Below, piece after piece: positions 1-13,100 of a stretch of DNA of 64,000 nt. Below the pieces are notes generated by a model that made no database searches, had not been told where the DNA came from, and worked only from the letters and a program-made list of their open reading frames with translations. The position numbers were made by a program, and so were the translations under genes. Each line of letters starts with the position of its first letter. Position 1 is the first letter of the stretch. The stretch is from the human T2T-CHM13v2.0 reference genome, Homo sapiens. The DNA lies in NCBI RefSeq assembly GCF_009914755.1, contig NC_060934.1. One strand, 5' to 3'.

Positions 1-95
1 TTCAACTCACAGAGTTGAACCTTTCTTTAGAGAGAGCAGAGTTGAAACACTCTGTTTTTGGAATTTGCAAGGGCAGATTTCAAGCGATTCTAGGC

Positions 96-112
96 CTATG
101 GCAGAAAAGGAA
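96..112 (+). other. pJ-alpha-like box at the homologous position of the box-less monomer of dimer A (representative)
   Basis: CTATGGCAGAAAAGGAA resembles the pJ-alpha motif (about CTAYGGTGRAAAAGGAA) that replaces the CENP-B box in A-type alphoid monomers. It is more diverged in dimers B, C and D. Confidence 0.55.
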
Positions 113-3023
113 ATATCTTCGTATAAAAACTACACACAATCATTCTCAACAACTACTTTGTGATGTGTGCGTTCAACTCACAAAGTTTAACCTTTCTTTT
201 CATAGAGCAGTTTGGAAACACTCTGTTTGTAAAGCCTGCAATCGCTTTTTTGGACTTCATTGAGGCCTTCGTTTGAAAGGGGATTTCTTCATATAATGCT
301 AGACAGAAGAATTCTCAGTAAATCCTTTGTGTTGTGTGTATTCAACTCACAGAGTGAAACCTTCCTTTATTCAGAGCAGTTTTGAAAAACTCTTTTTGTG
401 GAATTTGCAAGTGGAGATTTCAAGCGATTTGACGCCAATCTTAGACATGGAAATATCTTCATATTAAAAGTACACAGAGTCATTCGTAGAAACTAGGTTG
501 TGATGTGTGCCTTCAACTCACAGAGTTTAACCTTTCTTTTCATAAAGCAGTTCGGAAACACTCTATTTGTAAAGTCTGCAAGTGGATATTTGGACCTCTT
601 TGAGGCCTTCGTTGGAAACGGGATTTCTTCATATAACGCTAGACAGAAGAATTTTCAGTAACTTCTTTGTGTTGTGTGTATTCAACTCACAGATTTGAAC
701 CTTTCTTTAGAGAGAGCAGAGTTGAAACACTCTTTTTGTGGAATTTGCTAGTGCAGATTTCAAACTCTTCGAAGACAGTGATAGAAAAGGATATATCTTC
801 GTATTAAAACTAGATAAAATCATTCTCAGAAAACACTTTGTGAGGTGTGTTTTCAACTCACAGAGTTTAACCTTTCTTTAATCGAGCAGTTTGGAAACAC
901 TCTATTTGAAAAGTCCGCAAGTGGATATTTGGACATCTTTGAGGCCTTCGTTGGAAACGGAATTTCTTCATACAACGCTAGACAGAAGAATTCTCAGTAA
1001 CTTCTTTGTGTTGTGTGTATTCAACTCACAGAGTTGAACCTTTCTTTAGAGAGAGCAGAGTTGAAACACTCTGTTTTTGGAATTTGCAAGTGCAGATTTG
1101 AAGCGATTCTAGGCCTATGGCAGAAAAGGAAATATCTTCGTATAAAAACTACACAGAATCATTCTCAACAACTACTTTGTGATGTGTGCGTTCAACTCAC
1201 AAAGTTTAACCTTTCTTTTCATAGAGCAGTTTGGAAAGACGCTGTTTGTAAAGCCTACAAGTGCTTTTTTGGACTTCATTGAGGCCTTCGTTGGAAACGG
1301 GATTTCTTCATATAATGCTAGACAGAAGAATTCTCAGTAAATCCTTTGTGTTGTGTTTATTCAACTCACAGAGTGGAACCTTCCTTTATTCAGAGCAGTT
1401 TTGAAACACTCTTTTTGTGGAATTTGCAAGTGGAGATTTCAAGCGATTTGACGCCAATCTTAGACATGGAAATATCTTCATATTAAACGTACACAGAATC
1501 ATTCGTAGAAACTAGTTTGTGATGTGTGCCTTCAACTCACAGAGTTTAACCTTTCTTTTCATAGAGCAGTTCGGAAACACTCTATTTGTAAAGTCTGCAA
1601 GTGGATATTTGGATCTCTTTGAGGCCTTCGTTGGAAACGGCATTTCTTCATATAACGCTAGACAGAAGAATTTTCAGTAACTTCTTTGTGTTGTGTGTAT
1701 TCAACTCACAGAGTTGAACCTTTCTTTAGAGAGAGCAGAGTTGAAACACTCTGTTTGTGGAATTTGCTAGTGCAGATTTCAAACGCTTCAAAGACAGTGA
1801 TAGAAAAGGATATATCTTCGTATTAAAACTAGACAAAATCATTCTCAGAAAACACTTTGTGATATGTGTGTTCAACTCACAGAGTTTAACCTTTCTTTAA
1901 TCGAGCAGTTTGGAAATACACTCTTTGTAAGTCTGCAGGTGGATAATTGGCCCTCTTTGAGCCCTTCGTTGGAAACGGGATTTCCTCATATAATGCTAGA
2001 CAGAAGAACTCTGAGTAACTTCTTTGTGTTGTTTGTATTCAACTCACTGATTTGAACCTTCCTTTAGAGAGAGCAGATTTGAAACCCTCTGTTTTTGGAA
2101 TTTGCAAGTGCAGATTTCAAGCGCTTCTAGGCCTATGGCAGAAAAGGAAATATCTTCGTATAAAAACTACACAGAATCATTCTCAACAACTACTTTGTGA
2201 TGTGCGCGTTGAACTCACAGAGTTTAACCTTTCTTTTCATAGAGCAGTTTGGAAACACTCTGTTTGTACAGTCTGCATGTGCTTATTTGGACTTCTTTGA
2301 GGCCTTCGTTGGAAACGGGAGTTCTTCATATAATGCTAGACAGAAGAATTCTCAGTCACTTCTTTGTGTTGTGGTATTCAACTCACAGAGTTGAAGCTTC
2401 CTTTAGACAGAGCAGTTTTGAAAAACTCTTTCTGTGGAATTTGCAAGTGGAGATTTCAAGCGATTTGAGGCTAATCTTTGAAATGGAAATATCTTCGTGT
2501 AAAAACTACACAGAATCATTCTCAGAAACTGCTTTGTTATCTGTGCTTTCAGTTCACAGAGTTTCACCTTTCTCTTCATAGAGCAGTTTGGAAAGACTCT
2601 GTCTGTAAAGTCTGCAAGTGATTAGTTAGACCCCTTTGAGGCCTTCGTTGGAAGCGGGATTTCTCATTTACTGCTACACAGAAGAATTCTCAGTATATCC
2701 TTTGTGTTGTGTGTATTCAACTCACAGAGTGGAACCTTCCTTTATTCAGAGCACTTTTGAAAAACACTTTTTGTGGAATTTGCAAGTGGAGATTTCAAGC
2801 GATTTGACGCCAATCTTAGACATGGAAATATCTTCATATTAAAAGTACACAGAGTCATTCGTAAAAACTAGTTTGTGATGTGTGCCTTCAACTCACAGAG
2901 TTTAACCTTTCTTTTCATAGAGGAGTTTGGAAACACTCTATTGGTAAAGTCTGCAAGTGGATATTTGGACCTCTTTGAGGCCTTCGTTTGAAACGGGATT
3001 TCTTCATACAACGCTAGACAGAA

Positions 3024-4041
3024 GAATTCTCAGTAACTTCTTTGTGTTGTTTGTATTCAACTCACAGAGTTGAACCTTTCTTTAGAGAGAGCAGAGTTGA
3101 AACACTCTGTTTTTGGAATTTGCAAGTGCAGATTTCAACGGCTTCTAGGCCTATGGCAGAAAAGGAAATATCTTCGTATAAAAACTACGCAGAATCATTC
3201 TCAACAACTACTTTGTGATGTGTGCGTTCAACTCACAGAGTTTAACCTTTCTTTTCATAGAGCAGTTTGGAAACACTCTGTTTGTAAAGCCTGCAAGTGC
3301 TTTTTTGGACTTCATTGAGGCCTTCGTTGGAAACGGGATTTCTTCATATAATGCTAGACAGAAGACTTCTCAGTAAATCCTTTGTGTTGTGTTTATTCAA
3401 CTCACAGAGTGGAACCTTCCTATATTCAGAGCAGTTTTGAAACACTCTTTTTGTGGAATTTGCAAGTGGAGATTTCAAGCGATTTGACGCCAATCTTAGA
3501 CATGGAAATATCTTCATATTAAAAGTACACAGAATCATTCGTAGAAACTAGTTTGTGATGTGTGCCTTCAACTCACAGAGTTTAACCTTTCTTTTCATAG
3601 AGCAGTTCGGAAACACTCTATTTGTAAAGTCTGCAAGTGGATATTTGGATCTCTTTGAGGCCTTCGTTGGAAACGGCATTTCTTCATATAACGCTAGACA
3701 GAAGAATTTTCAGTAACTTCTTTGTGTTGTGTGTATTCAACTCACAGAGTTGAACCTTTCTTTAGAGAGAGCAGAGTTGAAACACTCTGTTTGTGGAATT
3801 TGCTAGTGCAGATTTCAAACGCTTCGAAGACAGTGATAGAAAAGGATATATCTTCGTATTAAAACTAGACAAAATCATTCTCAGAAAACACTTTGTGATA
3901 TGTGTGTTCAACTCACAGAGTTTAACCTTTCTTTAATCGAGCAGTTTGGAAATACACTCTTTGTAAGTCTGCAGGTGGATAATTGGCCCTCTTTGAGCCC
4001 TTCGTTGGAAACGGGATTTCCTCATATAATGCTAGACAGAA
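3024..4041 (+). repeat. Representative 6-mer HOR variant A-C-D (1018 bp), lacking dimer B; seen only left of ~29 kb
   Basis: A at 3024, C at 3364, D at 3704, next A at 4042. The same A-C junction occurs near 309, 1328, 6079, 7098, 13546, 18292, 20330, 21349, 23720, 27116 and 28474. Confidence 0.88.
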
Positions 4042-5398
4042 GAATTCTCAGTAACTTCTTTGTGTTGTTTGTATTCAACTCACAGATTTGAACCTTCCTT
4101 TAGAGAGAGCAGATTTGAAACACTCTGTTTTTGGAATTTGCAAGTGCAGATTTCAAGCGCTTCTAGGCCTATGGCAGAAAAGTAAATATCTTCGTATAAA
4201 AACTACACAGAATCATTCTCAACAACTACTTTGTGATGTGTGCGTTCAACTCACAGAGTTTAACCTTTCTCTTCATAGAGCAGTTTGGAAACACTCTGTT
4301 TGTAAAGCCTGCAAGTGCTTTTTTGGACTTCATTGAGGCCTTCGTTGGAAACGGGATTTCTTCATATAATGCTAGACAGAAGAATTCTCAGTCACTTCTT
4401 TGTGTTGTGTGTATTCAAGTCACAGAGTTGAACCTTCTTTTAGACAGAGCAGTTTTGAAAAATTCTTTCTGTGGAATTTGCAAGTGGAGATTTCAAGCGA
4501 TTTGAGGCTAATCTTTGAAATGGAAATATCTTCGTGTAAAAACTACACAGAATCATTCTCAGAAACTGCTTTGTTATCTGTGCGTTCAGTTCACAGAGTT
4601 TCACCTTTCTCTTCATAGAGCAGTTTGGAAAGACTCTGTCTGTAAAGTCCGCAAGTGATTAGTTAGACCCCTTTGAGGCCTTCGTTGGAAGCGGGATTTC
4701 CCATTTACTGCTAGACAGAAGAATTCTCAGTAAATCCTTTGTGTTGTGTGTATTCAACTCACAGAGTGGAACCTTCCTTTATTCAGAGCAGTTTTGAAAC
4801 ACTCTTTTTGTGGAATTTGCAAGTGGAGATTTCAAGCGATTTGACGCCAATCTTAGACATGGAAATATCTTCATATTAAAAGTACACAGAGTCATTCGTA
4901 GAAACTAGTTTGTGATGTGTGCCTTCAACTCACAGAGTTTAACCTTTCTTTTCATAGAGCAGTTGGGAAAAACTCTATTTGTAAAGTCTGCAAGTGGATA
5001 TTTGGACCTCTTTGAGGCCTTCGTTGGAAACGGGATTTCTTCATATAACGCTAGACAGAAGAATTCTCAGTAACTTCTTTGTGTTGTGTGTATTCAACTC
5101 ACAGAGTTGAACCTTTCTTTAGAGGGAGCAGAGGTGAAACACTCTTTTTGTGGAATTTGCTAGTGTAGATTTCCAACGCTTCGAAGACAGTGATAGAAAA
5201 GGATATATCTTCGTATTAAAAGTAGACAAAATCATTCTCAGAAAACTCTTTGTGATGTGTGTGTTCAACTCACAGAGTTTAACCTTTCTTTAATCCAGCA
5301 GTTTGGAAATACACTCTTTGTAAGTCTGCAGGTGGATATTTGGCCCTCTTTGAGCCCTTCGTTGGAAACGGGATTTCCTCATATAATGCTAGACAGAA
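4042..5398 (+). repeat. Representative canonical 8-mer HOR copy, dimers A-B-C-D, 1357 bp (others at 10151-11507 and 15237-16592)
   Basis: EcoRI-phased dimers: A at 4042 (CTAGGCCTATGGCAG, CAACAACTAC), B at 4382 (GAGGCTAATCTTTGAAATGG, GTGATTAGTTAGACCCC), C at 4721 (GACGCCAATCTTAGACATGG, AAAGTACACAG), D at 5061 (GCTTCGAAGACAGTGATAG, GTCTGCAGGTGG). Equivalent ORFs at 3900 and 5257 are 1357 bp apart. Confidence 0.93.
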
Positions 5399-8300
5399 GA
5401 ATTCTCAGTAACTTCTTTGTGTTGTTTGTATTCAACACACAGATTTGAACCTTCCTTTAGAGAGAGCAGATTTGAAACACTCTGTTTTTGGAATTTGCAA
5501 GTGCAGATTTCAAGCGATTCTAGGCCTATGGCAGAAAAGGAAATATCTTCGTATAAAAACTACACAGAATCATTCGCAACAACTACTTTGTGATGTGTGC
5601 GTTCAACTCACAGAGTTTAACCTTTCTTTTCATAGAGCAGTTTGGAAACACTCTGTTTGTAAAGCCTGCAAGTGCTTTTTTGGACTTCATTGAGGCCTTC
5701 GTTGGAAACGGGATTTCTTCATACAATGCTAGACAGAAGAATTCTCAGTAACTTCTTTGTGTTGTGTGTGTTCAACTCACAGAGTTGAACCTTTCTTTAG
5801 AGAGAGCAGAGTTGAAACACTCTGTTTTTGGAATTTGCAAGGGCAGATTTCAAGCGATTCTAGGCCTATGGCAGAAAAGGAAATATCTTCGTATAAAAAC
5901 TACACACAATCATTCTCAACAACTACTTTGTGATGTGTGCGTTCAACTCACAAAGTTTAACCTTTCTTTTCATAGAGCAGTTTGGAAACACTCTGTTTGT
6001 AAAGCCTGCAATTGCTTTTTTGGACTTCATTGAGGCCTTCGTTTGAAAGGGGATTTCTTCATATAATGCTAGACAGAAGAATTCTCAGTAAATCCTTTGT
6101 GTTGTGTGTATTCAACTCACAGAGTGAAACCTTCCTTTATTCAGAGCAGTTTTGAAAAACTCTTTTTGTGGAATTTGCAAGTGGAGATTTCAAGCGATTT
6201 GACGCCAATCTTAGACATGGAAATATCTTCATATTAAAAGTACACAGAGTCATTCGTAGAAACTAGGTTGTGATGTGTGCCTTCAACTCACAGAGTTTAA
6301 CCTTTCTTTTCATAGAGCAGTTCGGAAACACTCTATTTGTAAAGTCTGCAAGTGGATATTTGGACCTCTTTGAGGCCTTCGTTGGAAACGGGATTTCTTC
6401 ATATAACGCTAGACAGAAGAATTTTCAGTAACTTCTTTGTGTTGTGTGTATTCAACTCACAGATTTGAACCTTTCTTTAGAGAGAGCAGAGTTGAAACAC
6501 TCTTTTTGTGGAATTTGCTAGTGCAGATTTCAAACTCTTCGAAGACAGTGATAGAAAAGGATATATCTTCGTATTAAAACTAGATAAAATCATTCTCAGA
6601 AAACACTTTGTGAGGTGTGTTTTCAACTCACAGAGTTTAACCTTTCTTTAATCGAGCAGTTTGGAAACACTCTATTTGAAAAGTCCGCAAGTGGATATTT
6701 GGACATCTTTGAGGCCTTCGTTGGAAACGGAATTTCTTCATACAACGCTAGACAGAAGAATTCTCAGTAACTTCTTTGTGTTGTGTGTATTCAACTCACA
6801 GAGTTGAACCTTTCTTTAGAGAGAGCAGAGTTGAAACACTCTGTTTTTGGAATTTGCAAGTGCAGATTTGAAGCGATTCTAGGCCTATGGCAGAAAAGGA
6901 AATATCTTCGTATAAAAACTACACAGAATCATTCTCAACAACTACTTTGTGATGTGTGCGTTCAACTCACAAAGTTTAACCTTTCTTTTCATAGAGCAGT
7001 TTGGAAAGACGCTGTTTGTAAAGCCTACAAGTGCTTTTTTGGACTTCATTGAGGCCTTCGTTGGAAACGGGATTTCTTCATATAATGCTAGACAGAAGAA
7101 TTCTCAGTAAATCCTTTGTGTTGTGTTTATTCAACTCACAGAGTGGAACCTTCCTTTATTCAGAGCAGTTTTGAAACACTCTTTTTGTGGAATTTGCAAG
7201 TGGAGATTTCAAGCGATTTGACGCCAATCTTAGACATGGAAATATCTTCATATTAAACGTACACAGAATCATTCGTAGAAACTAGTTTGTGATGTGTGCC
7301 TTCAACTCACAGAGTTTAACCTTTCTTTTCATAGAGCAGTTCGGAAACACTCTATTTGTAAAGTCTGCAAGTGGATATTTGGATCTCTTTGAGGCCTTCG
7401 TTGGAAACGGCATTTCTTCATATAACGCTAGACAGAAGAATTTTCAGTAACTTCTTTGTGTTGTGTGTATTCAACTCACAGAGTTGAACCTTTCTTTAGA
7501 GAGAGCAGAGTTGAAACACTCTGTTTGTGGAATTTGCTAGTGCAGATTTCAAACGCTTCAAAGACAGTGATAGAAAAGGATATATCTTCGTATTAAAACT
7601 AGACAAAATCATTCTCAGAAAACACTTTGTGATATGTGTGTTCAACTCACAGAGTTTAACCTTTCTTTAATCGAGCAGTTTGGAAATACACTCTTTGTAA
7701 GTCTGCAGGTGGATAATTGGCCCTCTTTGAGCCCTTCGTTGGAAACGGGATTTCCTCATATAATGCTAGACAGAAGAACTCTGAGTAACTTCTTTGTGTT
7801 GTTTGTATTCAACTCACTGATTTGAACCTTCCTTTAGAGAGAGCAGATTTGAAACCCTCTGTTTTTGGAATTTGCAAGTGCAGATTTCAAGCGCTTCTAG
7901 GCCTATGGCAGAAAAGGAAATATCTTCGTATAAAAACTACACAGAATCATTCTCAACAACTACTTTGTGATGTGCGCGTTCAACTCACAGAGTTTAACCT
8001 TTCTTTTCATAGAGCAGTTTGGAAACACTCTGTTTGTACAGTCTGCAAGTGCTTATTTGGACTTCTTTGAGGCCTTCGTTGGAAACGGGAGTTCTTCATA
8101 TAATGCTAGACAGAAGAATTCTCAGTCACTTCTTTGTGTTGTGGTATTCAACTCACAGAGTTGAAGCTTCCTTTAGACAGAGCAGTTTTGAAAAACTCTT
8201 TCTGTGGAATTTGCAAGTGGAGATTTCAAGCGATTTGAGGCTAATCTTTGAAATGGAAATATCTTCGTGTAAAAACTACACAGAATCATTCTCAGAAACT

Positions 8301-9131
8301 GCTTTGTTATCTGTGCTTTCAGTTCACAGAGTTTCACCTTTCTCTTCATAGAGCAGTTTGGAAAGACTCTGTCTGTAAAGTCTGCAAGTGATTAGTTAGA
8401 CCCCTTTGAGGCCTTCGTTGGAAGCGGGATTTCTCATTTACTGCTACACAGAAGAATTCTCAGTAAATCCTTTGTGTTGTGTGTATTCAACTCACAGAGT
8501 GGAACCTTCCTTTATTCAGAGCAGTTTTGAAAAACACTTTTTGTGGAATTTGCAAGTGGAGATTTCAAGCGATTTGACGCCAATCTTAGACATGGAAATA
8601 TCTTCATATTAAAAGTACACAGAGTAATTCGTAGAAACTAGTTTGTGATGTGTGCCTTCAACTCACAGAGTTTAACGTTTCTTTTCATAGAGCAGTTTGG
8701 AAACACTCTATTTGTAAAGTCTGCAAGTGGATATTTAGACCTCTTTGAGGCTTTCGTTGGAAACGGCATTTCTTCATATAACGCTAGACAGAAGAATTTT
8801 CAGTAACTTCTTTGTGTTGTGTGTATTCAACTCACAGAGTTGAACCTTTCTTTAGAGAGAGCAGAGTTGAAACACTCTGTTTGTGGAATTTGCTAGTGCA
8901 GATTTCAAACGCTTCGAAGACAGTGATAGCAAAGGATATATCTTCGTATTAAAACTAGACAAAATCATTCTCAGAAAACTCTTTGTGATGTGTGTGTTCA
9001 ACTCACAGAGTTTAACCATTCTTTAATCGAGCAGTTTGGAAATACACTCTTTGTAAGTCTGCACGTGGATATTTGGCCCTCTTTGAGCCCTTCGTTGGAA
9101 ACGGGATTTCCTCATATAATGCTAGACAGAA

Positions 9132-10150
9132 GAATTCTCAGTAACTTCTTTGTGTTGTTTGTATTCAACACACAGATTTGAACCTTCCTTTAGAGAGAGC
9201 AGATTTGAAACACTCTGTTTTTGGAATTTGCAAGTGCAGATTTCAAGCGCTTCTAGGCCTATGGCAGAAAAGGAAATATCTTCGTATAAAAACTACACAG
9301 AATCATTCTCAACAACTACTTTGTGATGTGTGCGTTCAACTCACAGAGCTTAACCTTTCTTTTCATAGAGCAGTTTGGAAACACTCTGTTTGTAAAGCCT
9401 GCAAGTGCTTTTTTGGACTTCATTGAGGCCTTCGTTGGAAACGGGATTTCTTCATATAATGCTAGACAGAAGAATTCTCAGTCACTTCTTTGTGTTGTGT
9501 GTATTCAAGTCACAGAGTTGAACCTTCCTTTAGACAGAGCAGTTTTGAAAAATTCTTTCTGTGGAGTTTGCAAGTGGAGATTTCAAGCGATTTGAGGCTA
9601 ATCTTTGAAATGGAAATATCTTCGTGTAAAAACTACACAGAATCATTCTCAGAAACTGCTTTGTCATCTGTGCGTTCAGTTCACAGAGTTTCACCTTTCT
9701 CTTCATAGAGCAGTTTGGAAAGACTCTGTCTGTAAAGTCTGCAAGTGATTAGTTAGAACCCTTTGAGGCCTTCGTTGGAAGCGGGATTTCTCATTTACTG
9801 CTAGACAGAAGAATTCTCAGTAAATCCTTTGTGTTGTGTGTATTCAACTCACAGAGTGGAACCTTCCTTTATTCAGAGCAGTTTTGAAAAACACTTTTTG
9901 TGGAATTTGCAAGTGGAGATTTCAAGCGATTTGACGCCAATCTTAGACATGGAAATATCTTCATATTAAAAGTACACAGAGTCATTCGTAGAAACTAGTT
10001 TGTGATGTGTGCCTTCAACTCACAGAGTTTAACCTTTCTTTTCATAGAGCAGTTTGGAAACACTCTATTTGTAAAGTCTGCAAGTGGATATTTGGACCTC
10101 TTTGAGGCCTTCGTTGGAAACGGGATTTCTTCATACAACGCTAGACAGAA
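9132..10150 (+). repeat. Representative 6-mer HOR variant A-B-C (1019 bp), lacking dimer D
   Basis: A at 9132, B at 9472, C at 9811, next A at 10151. Equivalent ORFs at 9323 and 10342 are 1019 bp apart. Confidence 0.9.
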
Positions 10151-13100
10151 GAATTCTCAGTAACTTCTTTGTGTTGTGTGTATTCAACTCACAGAGTTGA
10201 ACCTTTCTTTAGAGAGAGCAGAGTTGAAACACTCCGTTTTTGGAATTTGCAAGTGCAGATTTCAAGCGCTTCTAGGCCTATGGCAGAAAAGGAAATATCT
10301 TCGTATAAAAACTACACAGAATCATTCTCAACAACTACTTTGTGATGTGTGCGTTCAACTCACAGAGTTTAACCTTTCTTTTCATAGAGCAGTTTGGAAA
10401 CACTCTGTTTGTAAAGCCTGCAAGTGCTTTTTTGGACTTCATTGAGGCCTTCGTTGGAAACGGGATTTCTTCATATAATGCTAGACAGAAGAATTCTCAG
10501 TCACTTCTTTGTGTTGTGTGTATTCAAGTCACAGAGTTGAACCTTCCTTTAGACAGAGCAGTTTTGAAAAATTCTTTCTGTGGAGTTTGCAAGTGGAGAT
10601 TTCATGCGATTTGAGGCTAATCTTTGAAATGGAAATATCTTCGTGTAAAAACTACACAGAATCATTCTCAGAAACTGCTTTGTCATCTGTGCGTTCAGTT
10701 CACAGAGTTTCACCTTTCTCTTCATAGAGCAGTTTGGAAAGACTCTGTCTGTAAAGTCTGCAAGTGATTAGTTAGACCCCTTTGAGGCCTTCGTTGGAAG
10801 CGGGATTTCTCATTTACTGCTAGACAGAAGAATTCTCAGTAAATCCTTTGTGTTGTGTGTATTCAACTCACAGAGTGGAACCTTCCTTTATTCAGAGCAG
10901 TTTTGAAACACTCTTTTTGTGGAATTTGCAAGTGGAGATTTCAAGCGATTTGACGCCAATCTTAGACATGGAAATATCTTCATATTAAAAGTACACAGAG
11001 TCATTCGTAGAAACTAGTTTGTGATGTGTGCCTTCAACTCACAGAGTTTAACCTTTCTTTTCATAGAGCAGTTGGGAAACACTCTATTTGTAAAGTCTGC
11101 AAGTGGATATTTGGACCTCTTTGAGGCCTTCGTTGGAAACGGGATTTCTTCATATAACGCTAGACAGAAGAATTCTCAGTAACTTCTTTGTGTTGTGTGT
11201 ATTCAACTCACAGAGTTGAACCTTTCTTTAGAGGGAGCAGAGGTGAAACACTCTTTTTGTGGAATTTGCTAGTGTAGATTTCAAACGCTTCGAAGACAGT
11301 GATAGAAAAGGATATATCTTCGTATTAAAAGTAGACAAAATCATTCTCAGAAAACTCTTTGTGATGTGTGTGTTCAACTCACAGAGTTTAACCTTTCTTT
11401 AATCGAGCAGTTTGGAAATACACTCTTTGTAAGTCTGCAGGTGGATATTTGGCCCTCTTTGAGCCCTTCGTTGGAAACGGGATTTCCTCATATAATGCTA
11501 GACAGAAGAATTCTCAGTAACTTCTTTGTGTTGTTTGTATTCAACACACAGATTTGAACCTTCCTTTAGAGAGAGCAGATTTGAAACACTCTGTTTTTGG
11601 AATTTGCAAGTGCAGATTTCAAGCGCTTCTAGGCCTATGGCAGAAAAGGAAATATCTTCGTATAAAAACTACACAGAATCATTCTCTACAAGTACTTTGT
11701 GATGTGTGCGTTCAACTCACAGAGTTTAACCTTGCTTTTCATAGAGCAGTTTGGAAACACTCTGTTTGTAAAGCCTGCAAGTGCTTTTTTGGACTTCATT
11801 GAGGCCTTCGTTGGAAACGGCATTTCTTCATACAACGCTAGACAGAAGAATTCTCAGTACCTTCTTTGTGTTGTGTGTATTCAACTCACAGAGTTGAACC
11901 TTTCTTTAGAGAGAGCAGAGTTGAAACACTCTTTTTGTGGAATTTGCTAGTGCAGATTTCAAACGCTTCGAAGACAGTGATAGAAAAGGATATATCTTCG
12001 TATTAAAACTAGACAAAATCATTCTCAGAAAACACTTTGTGATGTGTGTGTTCAACTCACAGAGTTTAACCTTTCTTTAATCGACCAGTTTGGAAACACT
12101 CTATTTGTAAAGTCCGCAAGTGGATATTTGGACATCTTTGAAGCCTTCGTTGGAAACGGGATTTCTTCATACAACGCTAGACAGAAGAATTCTCAGTAAC
12201 TTCTTTGTGTTGTGTGTATTCAACTCACAGACTTGAACCTTTCTTTAGAGAGAGCAGAGTTGAAACACTCTGTTTTTGGAATTTGCAAGTGCAGATTTCA
12301 AGCGATTCTAGGCCTATGGCAGAAAAGGAAATATCTTCGTATAAAAACTACACAGAATCATTCTCAACAACTACTTTGTGATGTGTGCGTTCAACTCACA
12401 AAGTTTAACCTTTCTTTTCATAGAGCAGTTTGGAAACACTCTGTTTGTAAAGTCTGCAAGTGCTTATTTGGACTTCTTTGAGGCCTTCGTTGGAAACGGG
12501 AGTTCTTCATATAATGCTAGACAGAAGAATTCTCAGTCACTTCTTTGTGTTGTGTGTATTCAAGTCACAGAGTTGAACCTTCTTTTAGACAGAGCAGTTT
12601 TGAAAAATTTTTTCTGTGGAATTTGCAAGTGGAGATTTCAAGCGATTTGAGGCTAATCTTTGAAATGGAAATATCTTCGTGTAAAAACTACACAGAATCA
12701 TTCTCAGAAACTGCTTTGTTATCTGTGCGTTCAGTTCACTGAGTTTCACCTTTCTCTTCATAGAGCAGTTTGGAAAGACTCTGTCTGTAAAGTCCGCAAG
12801 TGATTAGTTAGACCCCTTTGAGGCCTTCGTTGGAAGCGGGATTTCTCATTTACTGCTAGACAGAAGAATTCTCAGTAAATCCTTTGTGTTGTGTGTATTC
12901 AACTCACAGAGTGGAACCTTCCTTTATTCAGAGCACTTTTGAAAAACACTTTTTGTGGAATTTGCAAGTGGAGATTTCAAGCGATTTGACGCCAATCTTA
13001 GACATGGAAATATCTTCATATTAAAAGTACACAGAGTCATTCGTAAAAACTAGTTTGTGATGTGTGCCTTCAACTCACAGAGTTTAACCTTTCTTTTCAT

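Larger units (their letters stand above)
1..8620 (+). repeat. Direct duplication at 5770-bp offset (about 1-2850 vs 5771-8620; 34-monomer spacing)
   Basis: ORF pairs 1013/6783, 1864/7634, 2052/7822 and 2636/8406. Shared rare variants: GAGTGAAACC, AAACTCTTCG, TAGATAAAAT, GTGAGGTG, GAAAGACGCTG, TTAAACGTAC, GCTTCAAAGAC. Confidence 0.88.

Noticed and set aside
3820-3832. Short palindromes (CTTCGAAG in D; AGGCCT and GAATTC in each dimer) as hairpins or terminators
   Set aside because: They are 6-8 bp, expected by chance and simply propagated with the repeat. No terminator or cruciform claim is supportable without folding calculations.
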